The notes under the pieces were generated by a model. It was not told where the DNA came from, searched no databases, and saw only the letters and a list, made by a program, of their open reading frames with translations. Shown piece by piece: positions 53,534-64,000 of a DNA stretch of 64,000 nt. The position numbers and the translations under genes were made by a program. Origin of the DNA: Chrysomallon squamiferum. Its lineage: Eukaryota > Animalia > Mollusca. The stretch covers positions 15,934,001 through 15,998,000 of the forward strand of contig CM022673.1 in the NCBI GenBank assembly GCA_012295275.1, given 5' to 3'. Numbering within the stretch: position 1 is the stretch's first letter; each line of letters opens with the position of its first letter.

Positions 53534-56500
53534 CATTTATCTGTGTATATATATATATAGATACAGACACACACACACATATAATTTTTTAAATTAAATA
53601 TCAAACTACAATAGACAAAGATTGTAAAGATTGTATTTAAGCCTAGACTGTAAATATTTTTAAATCATCATTTTATGGTTGTTTCTGAATATCTGATCAA
53701 CTGTGTGATACATGCATTTTCAAATTTTAATAATTTAAATTAGAATCGAGTTCATTTTAAACATATGTCAGTCTATTTTAATACCTCTGTGTGTTATTAC
53801 ATACAGCAGAAAAACAATAATTAATTAAAACTAAGGTTTATACTGAGATTCTATTACATGTCAGTCTCTGTGTGCCTATGCATATGTGTGGCCATCTGAG
53901 TGTGTTCCTTTTTGTATTCCATTGTTTGTGTCTGTATGGCCATGCATGTGCTTGTGAATGAAGAAAAAATAAATAAAAAGACAACACACCAAGGCTTTAA
54001 ACAGAGGTTCCAGTCTTGTTGATCCTCTGTATATCCACTCTGTTCTCTTGTCAGCTTGAAAAAACATCTTCACCAAACTCGCATCCACCTCCATCACTTT
54101 AGCAGTCCACCTGAATAAACAGGACATCCAGTTATCTTTAATACAGTGTCCACATTACTAAATAAATCACAGATGTAACTATGTTCATCAACTCAGATAC
54201 ATGTACAAGCAAGATCACTGGTGAGAAAAAGAAAATACTGAAATAAAATCTTGAAAGTGGATTTATTATTATTTTTTAACAAAATTATTCGACAACATAT
54301 TTACTTCACAAATTTCAATCCTCATATACTACAATATATAGTTTTAAAATATGGAGAGATTATCACAAATAATTTAAAAAATAATTATACAAAAATAAAA
54401 AATATTACTTACCATCGTCCATTCCATTCAGTTCTAACCACCTGTCCTTTCATTAATCTCACCATTGGTCTCTGAAAACAACAATTTATTAATTAGAACT
54501 GCAGTCCAATGTTTTTATATTTTTTAATACATATAAGATTACTTATTTACAGACCAAAACCTGCTGTCTATGTACAAACAGATGTAGAAGCATATATATC
54601 AATATAAAGATATCTATGTACATACACACAAACATATTTATCTGTGTATAGGAATATGTACTCCTCTGTGTCAGATATATAAAGATACTTTTCTGTGTAC
54701 CAATGGATATACAAACTTATCTATGTACAGACAGATAGACAAATCATTCATTACCTCTGGATACTGTTTCAAATATTCTTTAATAAATTCTTGTGAGTCA
54801 GGATGAATATCATCCCAAACATTTTCACCTAAAAAAATAATAGTATGTTAATAAAAATATAGAATATTTAACTTAGTTAAGATACATCAAACTCATTTCT
54901 TCAGTTAAATATCTCTATTAATTAAGAACATTTTAGTACCCGACATTTTCTTCTTTGTATCAGAAGTAATTAAATATTTCATTTCATTTTAGATCTATAA
55001 TGAAAATAAAAAACAAAAACAAAAAAATACAATAAAAAAATAACACTGCTTACTTTGCAAGTAGACTTTGTGGATGTCTTTTGATTCACTGTACTGGGCA
55101 TAGCCATCATCAAAAAATACCAAATATCTGCACAAGAAAAATTGATTTTAAAAAATCTAATGAATTTCCAGTGAAGTGACTCAGAATAGAAATGGTTTAA
55201 ATAATGCATTTTTTTTTTTTAAAATATTTTTATATAATATCCCATTTATTTAATTTTAAACATTTACTTTTTGATTTTAGATTAGAATCACTTGACCCAA
55301 ATGTACCAAACTTTACTGTTTCAACTGTAGTACTTTATTTTAAAAATAATTCAAAGAATGTCCTATGAATAATATAAAAAAAACTTGTGATTTTCATGTA
55401 CATACCTACCAAGGAATATATTAAGATTCAAGATATAACTCCTATGAATATAAAAACATTCAAAAAATATCTCCTATGGATATAAAAAGAGTCAAGAAAT
55501 ATAACTCCTCTGAAAATAATGAGTCAAGAAACATAACCGCAATGAATACAAAGAAAAAAATAAGTCAGGAACTACAGCTGCAGTGAATTTAAAAGATGTC
55601 AAGAAACAAAAAACATATTATATGTGAACTAAAAAATCAAGAACTGTAATCCTGTGAAATCTTTCTGACAATTAAAAAACAAATTTAAGTTGAACGTAAG
55701 AGAATCAAGAATCATTACAACGCAAGTCAGAACATTTTAACTTTTATAAACAGTTTGAGAGTAAGAAACTCTAACCTTTTCTGGTTTTTGATACTGGGAG
55801 CTTCGGCTACAATTCCAGCATAAAAAGCATTGCCTGACCCATCAGAATCCTCATCTCTGTACAAAGCTGAAATTGTTTTTGCTTTTAGAAAAACTTTCCC
55901 TAAAGCAAATATGAGAATCTGACTTTTTAATTTTTTTTTTTTTTTTTTTTTTTTTTTGTCATTATTAACCTGTGTTCATGATATTTATTTCCCCCATATC
56001 TTGAATGATAACAAAAGATACTTATTACAGAACCTCATGTTTATCAGAATTTCTTTTCACTGGTTCATTATGATGTACAATGCTAGATTCTTGACCTTCA
56101 AGACTGATTCAGGATATGTACTTAACCTCAGAAAGCAAAGTAATATGTGATTTTAAAGGTTTTTAAAAATAATAATAATATATAAGTGTGTTTAAAAATG
56201 GCCTACAAAGAAAACAGAATTTAAAAAAATTATTATGATTAATTAATGCAAATAAAAAAAGTAAAGAAAAAAGATAATATCTATTTTCACAATACTTGTT
56301 TAAAAAACAAAAATATTTAAATTTATATTATAGAACATTATTTGTAAGACTATAACCTGTGTTTGACTGCAAATAAAACAAACTATTCTTTCAGACATCA
56401 AAATAATTATAAAAAATTCTTCAGTGTCTTAAGGAAAAAAATACTGAAAAATAAAAATAATAATAATGGATATGTACAGTGTAAAACATGATATATAACA

Positions 56501-59500
56501 TTTTCTCACCAACACATCTTGATCCGACTTTGAGCAGTACTTTGATTGGTTCTCTGTAAGCTATAGACATACCAGACAGGTATTTCTGGCCCTTGCCATC
56601 ATACTTGACTCTGAACTTTCTCTGTAATCAAAACACAGTATTATTTTGTTTTTATCAGAAATAAACACAATTAATTAATGTAACATCTTTTTATGGACCA
56701 TATTTGTTAGATACACATACACACACACACACACACACATCTACAGATGTATGCTGCAAATATTGTCCGTAAAAGTTTGTGTGTGTGTGTGTGTGTGTGT
56801 TTGTAGTTTCATTAATTAACATATAATAAGGAAATATTTTCTTACATGTTGTACAGTATATTATAATTTGTGTCTGGAGTTTTGTTTTGTTTTGTTTTGG
56901 GGGTTTTTTGCACTATTTTTTCTAAATAATAAACTTTTTAATTCTGGAGCAAATACTGATTTTAATAAATACTACTACCTCTTATATACTAAACAAAAAT
57001 AAATGAAAAAAATAAAATTAAAATATTCCACTAGTTTCTGAATGATATAGGACACACAGCCACAAAAGAAAGCAGAGTATTTGATGTCAACAAAACAATA
57101 ATTAATGGAATATTAACCAAAAATTACAACTGAAGTTAAAACCAAGTGTATATTCAAAATTAATATAAAAAATCACTATTAAAATTTAATAATAAAAAAC
57201 TATAACAGGTTCAGGAATGCTGTAAATAAATATATCACTGCGATTAGTTGTTTTAAAACTCATTCACCTCCTTCAGTGGAGCATCTTTGTTTTGAATATC
57301 ATTGACAACTCCGGAATACCAAATCTCATTGGCTTTTTTGGCTAGAACTTGAGAACCAGTTTCAATGCTAGGCCTGAAATAACATAAGCAAAATGAATAA
57401 AGAAACGGAATCATCATTTTTTGGTCAAATAATATGATGTCAGTATTAAGGAAAACAGATCTTACTGATTAATATTTGTTAAAATATCTTTTTAATTCAG
57501 TTGTAACTTTGCTCTGACAAGATTTAAATTATAAAAAAAATATATATGATAATTTCAAAATAAAATTAAACTTTTTTATACAGACCAAATGTATATTTTT
57601 AAATTCATAATTAGAACTACTCATGTGCAAAATAATTATTACACTCCTCATTTCTAATTCCAGAATATAATTAACAAATTTACCCAAATATTTTTAACAG
57701 TTTATTTTTATAATTCATTTTAATAGTTTAACAAATTTTAAATACAACATAATGAATGATTTCTAAATATAACTGAATTGCCAATAACTAAGTACCTACC
57801 ATACATGAGCTTGTTCTGTTGGAGCTGTGCGTGCATTCCCTGCAGTTGGCAAAGGTTTCATCTAACAAATAAATATTAATGTAACAAACATTTAACATAA
57901 ATAAAATCAATAACAAAACCCAGATCTATTTCTGTGAAAATATTTCTAAATAACTGGATTTGGTTTTGTGAAATTAAGTCTAAATTTTCTTTCCATGTCA
58001 ATTAATATGAGAGTAACAAAACAAGAATAATGCTGATGTAATGAAACTGACAAATTTATAAATTATTTTCAATGTCAAAATCATCTTTTTTTTTTTTTTT
58101 TTTTTTTTAAAAAATGTTTGAGATGCAAATACCATTAAATTTTTATGATAGCAATGTTATTCATTATGAAGTTCATTAAATTGTAAGGTTGCCAGAGAAT
58201 TCTGATTCACAGTATTTAAAAAAGAAATAAAAAGATTACAGTGTGTACCTGTGAAGTGTAGATAAATTCAGAAGGCTGGCAGCTGGGGACAGTCATCTGT
58301 CTGCTGATGGTTTGTGCTAGAATACTTCTGAGATGTTCTACAGAAGTGTATGGCTGACTGGTCTGAATGTGTATCTGGTCTCTGAAATTTACCGTGTCTC
58401 TATATTTGCAATATAAAGAAAGAAAGAAAGAAAGAAATGAACCAACAAAAAAATGAATGATTTAATTTTTGAATTAACTAAAATTTAAAAAGGCAACATA
58501 TGAATATCTTCAAGAAATCTGAGTGATTATTATTTTTTTTATAGGAAACACAAATTGTTCTACTAAATTTTCATTTATTTAAATAAAATAAAATACATAA
58601 TATTTTGTTTTAAATATTTTTAAAACACAAAAAAATAAATAACAAAATAAAATAATAATTAAAAATCAACATTTGTTACTAAAGAAAAGAAAATAAACTC
58701 ATTTGTTACAACAACAACAACAACAACATTTCGTGGAGAAGTTGAGAGGATGTCTGTAGGTGTTTTATAGAGGGGTTTGTATTTTTTTCTTCTAAAATAT
58801 TAAATATTCAGTGTGGAATCTCAAACACTGTACTCACGGATTATTTATCAACTGTACAGTTGCTGGAGCTGTTGTTGTCAGTGCAGTTACCGCTGACATG
58901 GGCTGTAGTTTCTGAGACTGCCTGGATGCAATGTGTTGCTGTTTTCGTTTCTCAACAATTGTTGGATCATACGTCGACCCCAGTATTTCAACATCATCAT
59001 CGCTGTCGTGACTGTGGAGTCCCTCCTGTAATTTCTGTCTCGATTCTTCTTCCTCAATGGCCAGCTGAGCTTCCTTGTATCGTTCTCTGGGAAAATAGAT
59101 ATAGATATAGATATAGATATAGATATAGCTATAAAAACCTGTCATTATGGAAGCTATCCAGAACACAAAGGATATAAATAAAATTAGGAAGGAAACACCA
59201 TTAATGTCTTGAAATTATGTACAAATATTGTGTGACCTCTAAATTTATTTAACAATAAACAGTGTTAATGTTTCTTCTGAAATACAATACAATACAATAC
59301 AATAAAATAACAATGACAATCAATAATTTCAAATGATTTTTTTTTTTTTTTAAGTATTGGACAAAATTACTTATTGCAACAATGAATTAAAAAAAGTAAT
59401 AATAAAAGACACGAACTCTTCCTCATTGGTTTCTTTTTCAAGCTCAACTTTAAATCTGTCCAAATGTTCCTGACACTCTTGAAATATTTTGTTGATTTCT

Positions 59501-60759
59501 TTCTGTTTTTCTAAATAAAAAAGTGTTCATCAAATATAATGTTACAGTATAGCATAGCATAGCGTAGAGTAGCACAATATAACATAGCAAAGCGTAACAT
59601 ACTATAACAGAGAGAGAGAGAGAGATGCAAATATCAGATTGTTTTAATTTTTTATAGTAACATCCAAAGTTACAGGCTAGTATCATATATTTACACTTTA
59701 TTCAAATTTATACGTTTGCATGTTTAATTATTATTAAAGATTAGGTCCCAAAAAATTAAAAAAAGACACTTGTTCGGAAGTATATAAAATATATTAAGAT
59801 TTATTTGTTTTTAACCAAACTAGACACCTTTTTTGTACCACCAAATAGATAATTTAGCTGTTATTATCAAAAGGTAAAGAAAAAAATATTACTTACTTTC
59901 AACTAATCTGATCTGGCTAGCAACGTCCTGTATTTTTTTATTTTCAGGTAAAACTATTTTTTCTTCTAAATCTGATTTTTCTTCTGGCATATTTTCATCA
60001 CTAGTTTCTTCTTTCTTGGGTCCATGTATGTCATTGAGTATTGAGGAAATAAGATCACCAACATCACATTTAACAAACTCATAAAGTACATCTTCTTCAG
60101 CAGGGGGACTGATGATTGAACAAAAGAGAATTTCAAAAAAATTAAGCCTTAATTTTACACTTTGAAATTCTTTCACAGTGAAATATATAAAATGTTCAGT
60201 AATTAAACATTAATCCTGATCACCAAGTTATAAAATTAGTATTTTAATTAACTAGTATTAGTAAAAAGATTCAGTATTTGATATAAAGTAATAAGATTCA
60301 GTATTTGATATAAAGTAATAAGATTCAGTATTTGATATAAAATACTAGAGAAATATCTAATTATATTAATTTTAAATAAATATCCATACCAGTTATCAGA
60401 AATACACAAGTATTTTTAATAATTCCACTCAGATTTTTAAGTGCATTATTCATTATCTATGGATACCGATACCACTGATTCATTTGAAACCGTTAAAACC
60501 AATACTGCAATAATTACCTCAGATATTTATACATTTCTGTACAAAAAGGCACCACAGTAAATTGGAAAATAGAAGACAGTAAACCATCTCCATGTTAGTT
60601 GTATTTTATTATTAGCAAAGAATCATTCATTCAATGTATTAAATGAAAGTTAACTTTAAGTAAATAAATGAATTATAACCAAAGAAATATTATATAAAAT
60701 GCTGTCAACAAAACAACATACCTTGATGGCTTCTCTTCTTCTTGGCTTTCCAATTCCAT
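38801..60759 (-). CDS. SETDB1: Histone-lysine N-methyltransferase SETDB1/eggless (Tudor, MBD, pre-SET, bifurcated SET, post-SET), about 1282 aa
   Basis: 32 GT-AG exons with consistent phases: 60759-60722, 60108-59897, 59510-59417, 59086-58838, 58381-58249, 57861-57800, 57373-57268, 56621-56510, 55866-55776, 55127-55054, 54828-54755, 54471-54413, 54110-53990, 53492-53153, 52717-52619, 51503-51435, 51116-51011, 50488-50311, 49912-49727, 49280-49168, 48720-48616, 48157-48064, 47567-47401, 46911-46840, 46526-46401, 41947-41688, 41121-41071, 40896-40846, 40410-40336, 40013-39889, 39458-39370, 38918-38801 (sum 3849 nt). Diagnostic motifs: [101 protein letters not shown]. Confidence 0.96.
47401..49912 (-). 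CDS. SETDB1: SETDB1 exons encoding pre-SET and the N-terminal half of SET
   Basis: [15 protein letters not shown]...[16 protein letters not shown]...[23 protein letters not shown]...[26 protein letters not shown]...[23 protein letters not shown]. Confidence 0.95.
50311..51116 (-). CDS. SETDB1: SETDB1 exons encoding the MBD domain
   Basis: [15 protein letters not shown]|[31 protein letters not shown]...IDLFCYDP. Confidence 0.93.
51623..51682 (+). repeat. (GA)n microsatellite in a SETDB1 intron
   Basis: Perfect dinucleotide run. Confidence 0.96.
53990..57373 (-). CDS. SETDB1: SETDB1 exons encoding the Tudor-domain region
   Basis: [17 protein letters not shown]..., [59 protein letters not shown]...[14 protein letters not shown]. 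Confidence 0.93.
55350..55715. repeat. Degenerate ~31-bp tandem repeat in a SETDB1 intron
   Basis: TCAAGAAATATAACTCCTATGAATATAAAAA-like units. Confidence 0.7.
60265..60341. repeat. 27-bp tandem repeat, 3 copies
   Basis: AAGATTCAGTATTTGATATAAAGTAAT x3. Confidence 0.9.
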
Positions 60760-61624
60760 TATTATTTTTCTTATTGTTATTCAGTTACCTTACATTCTAC
60801 AAAAATAATAATAGTAATAATAAGTTAAAAAACCATTATTAGTTTTGTTTCTTTTATGTATGAACAGTAAATGACAAATAACTTATTTACTAACCCAGCA
60901 GACATTATAATAATAATGATTATTTATTTTTCGTATACTTTTTGAAATATTTCTTTTCTCAATAAATGATGGGTGTGACGTTCTCATCATGCAGTCTGAA
61001 CACTGTCAAATTACTAAATAACCAATTATTTTTATTTTTATTTTTTAAGACAGTAACTTTCTTTTTTGTAAATCTGTAACCAAAAATTTAAATTATTATT
61101 TCCGAATTAATAATATTAATTTTTTATGTGGAATTTTAATACCACTAACAAAATTCTAAAACATATTATATGGCCTGAAAAAATCCCGGTATCTTGCCTT
61201 TCAGTTTAACCGTGTTCGTGCTTTCAGAAATTTTGATTTTGTGCCATTTATGATTTAAGAAAAACCTAAAATAACCAGACTTAAATCAATAAATGTATTT
61301 TCAGTGGCGGACATATGTAATACTATAAATCATAATTAATATCTCTGATAAAATATTATGACTTTTAATAAATAAATTTATGAAGTAACATGTTACCAAA
61401 ATATTTTTTATTCTTTGTCTCATGCTCGCACAGAAACTATGACCTGACCTAAAATTGAGTTTGCTGATGGCGTAACATGTTTTTCACCAAGCTTTTGTTG
61501 ATACTAAACTGAAGTGTCAAAGTTATATATGAATAATAAATATTTTATTTTGCTCATAATCAGAATCTAAAGAAAGAGAGAGACTGGTTTGAACTGAAAC
61601 TTTTCTACACATTTATTGGCTTAC

Positions 61625-61700
61625 CCATGACGCTTGAAACAGTCTACCATGTTGATTAGCATATTCGGAAAATACCGACAACATTCAGCAAGCAAAACGA
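61625..61700 (-). other. SETDB1: Putative non-coding first exon of SETDB1 (5' end uncertain)
   Basis: Donor TGG|gtaagc at 61624 in a CpG-rich patch. The ATG-containing exon has its own acceptor (ttgtag at 60797), so an upstream exon is required. Confidence 0.55.
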
Positions 61701-62185
61701 GGATTTCCGAGCGTCACTGGCAGTATAAAAAGAAGCATCGGGTGATACCGTATTGTTCGTTGTATTTCGCTGTTCTGACGTTATCAGTGACCTAATATTC
61801 TAACCTATGCAACATTGAAATATTTGCCTTGTATTCATTTATAAAGTAATGTTATATATTTTTTTTAAATATTTACTTTTAGTTTAAAATTTGCAAATTA
61901 GCGATTTCAATCTTTTACATCAAATGGGTCAATGTTAAAATTCATATGGGTCTGTTTTGTTTTCAGATTTTATGCAGATGATGGAGGATAAATAGTAAAA
62001 ATTAACTTACAATGTTTCCTCAGTAACAGCTATTACAAAATGGATATAGTGTTAAGTTTTCATTAATCAAATTACAGAATGATGCAAACGTGATGTCTTC
62101 TAGAATAATATAATGGCAAATCGCCCGAATACGTCTATATTGTTAAATCGACTACTACTACTGGAAACCAGTCTTGTTCACAAAA
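61625..62185. promoter_or_regulatory. Bidirectional promoter region shared by SETDB1 (-) and PPP1R2 (+)
   Basis: Divergent gene starts under 600 bp apart; CpG reappears locally between two CpG-poor gene bodies; YY1-type AAAATGGC overlaps the PPP1R2 ATG. Confidence 0.65.
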
Positions 62186-63966
62186 ATGGCAGCGCAAAGA
62201 AGAACGGCACCTTACAAAGGCATTTTAAAACACACATCTTCCTTAGATAAACATGATCCACCTACTTCTCAGATGTCTCATCAGACCGAAGAGTAAGTCA
62301 GTCATTATAAAATTAAATGCACATAACAGTTAATACACCAGATTGCTGCTATCCAAATATGTAGTTATTAGCTTCGAGCTTAATAAAGTTATTTATATTA
62401 TGATATTATTAATAATAATGCGATACATATTTATACTTTATTACATAATCAACGGGGTTTCTTTTGACACGTTTTGATATACATCATTCTGATAATGGGT
62501 TTCCAAAAAGTTAATTAATTCACTCCTTGCTTTATAACTAGAATGCCTTATCATGATGAAGGAATTTCCCAAACAAAACAAGGAACTGTCAAACTGATTT
62601 TGCTTGTCACATAGATAGATAAAACATAATCCCCACATACTACTGTTAATTATTTTATATCCATAAATGTATCCTTTTGGTATTTCTTTATTTTAGTATT
62701 ATTATTATTGCTGGCATGAAAAGATTTTCTGTGTATGATTAAATATAAATTAACATACCCAAGGATTTACTCAAAGTTTGTCTTAAGGAAGTACCTTTTC
62801 TTTTGGCATACAAGTCCTTGTATTACTGTTAGTAATGTAATATAAGATGTATTTCGAAATAGCATATATTAAACATTGTGAGTGGTTGTATTAAAGTTTA
62901 TTATTATTATCATTATTATTATTATTGGTTTTTAGGCAAAAGAAACAAATGAAATGGGATGAGATGAATATCCTTGCAACAAACCACCCAGCAGACAAAG
63001 ATTATGGCCACATGAAGATAGATGAGCCACCCACCCCATACAGCAAATATTCTGACCCTGAAGATGAAGATATGGAGGAGCCTAGAAGAGGCAGCATTGG
63101 AAAAGCTGACACACAACTAGACCCAAATAGTTTGGCTTTAAAGTATGTGTTTCTCCAAACCTTTAGATCCATATTGATTTGAAAGTGAAATTAACTTAAC
63201 ATCAGAAAAAATTCACAGTCATTTTGAAATACCTTTGAATGGTGAGATGCTCTTTACAATGACTTGCCACAATCTTGAACATTTTTGTTTTTGATCATTT
63301 AGTTTTACAAAACATTTTTATTGCATTAAACCTATTGCCACATATTATTTTAAAATGCAGTATGTTGATATTTTGTCTTAGATTAGCAAGTACAAACAAA
63401 CCAAAGTTTGAGGAAAGAGAGGAAAGTTCAGAAGAGAGTTCAGATGAAGAAGAATATATGGATGAAAAAACAAAAGGTAATTTTAATTTTTTTCTTTCTT
63501 ATCTGTTCAATATTTATTTAACATCACTACATGTTAAATTATTCCTGTTATGTGTAGTGTGTAGAGATTTTGGTTAATTCATGACAAGTAAAATATATTT
63601 CAGGTTTATGCATTGTTCTTTGCCTATGAGTTTCCTGGCAGTGCATGCCTTAACAAAAAACCCAATGTTTGTCATTAACTGAAATAAAAAGACCCATTCC
63701 TTTCCATTTCTTTTTTAATTATTAATTAATATTTACTTTCAGCGGAACATGCATCATTTGAATTAAAACGGAAACTACATTACAATGAATTCCAGGCTGT
63801 ACAGCTGGCAAAGCGGCTAATGGCTGAAGAAGAAGATGATGATGAAGATGATGATGATGATGGAAGCAAGTCTGAGGGCTATAGTCAAAGCTCTTCTGTG
63901 GACAACCCTGTACAAATAGACACAGATAGTAATACACTAGATGATGAACATGGCATAAATAACTGA
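62186..63966 (+). CDS. PPP1R2: Protein phosphatase 1 inhibitor 2
   Basis: Exons 62186-62292, 62936-63142, 63382-63476, 63743-63966, phases consistent. All I-2 hallmarks present: KGILK (SILK), [28 protein letters not shown], an acidic tract and [11 protein letters not shown]. Confidence 0.96.
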
Positions 63967-64000
63967 ATGATACAGATTTAAGTTGTAAAAAAATTAATAA

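Noticed and set aside
55925-56150. Long poly-T next to complex sequence in a SETDB1 intron as a possible retrocopy
   Set aside because: No ORF, canonical poly(A) signal or target-site duplication seen; long T runs are common in this window.

Overview
AT-rich, microsatellite-dense eukaryotic DNA, most likely from a gastropod mollusc (inferred from a molluscan-type FMRFamide leader and relics resembling a mollusc SINE). Three genes are supported. (1) The 5' end of a minus-strand FMRFamide neuropeptide precursor: a TATA promoter and non-coding exon at ~11.7 kb and a signal-peptide exon at 4513-4671; the peptide-coding exons lie off the left edge. (2) A complete minus-strand SETDB1/eggless H3K9 methyltransferase: 32 coding exons that I phased by hand, about 1282 aa, 38801-60759. 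(3) A complete plus-strand protein phosphatase inhibitor-2 (PPP1R2; 4 exons, 62186-63966), head-to-head with SETDB1. Between FMRFamide and SETDB1 lie ~25 kb of CpG-retaining, enhancer-like islands separated by simple repeats, whereas the SETDB1 and PPP1R2 bodies are CpG-depleted. The most striking observation is a histone-H3-tail mimic (TARKSLGG) inside the SET insertion, built across an exon junction and fed by either of two 51-nt exons. Others are a second mimic (AKKSTGG), an unexplained plus-strand exon-like unit at 32702-32788, and recurrent YY1/Pho motifs. Most ORFs in the supplied track are microsatellite artefacts. All homology statements are from memory of the families; no search was run.
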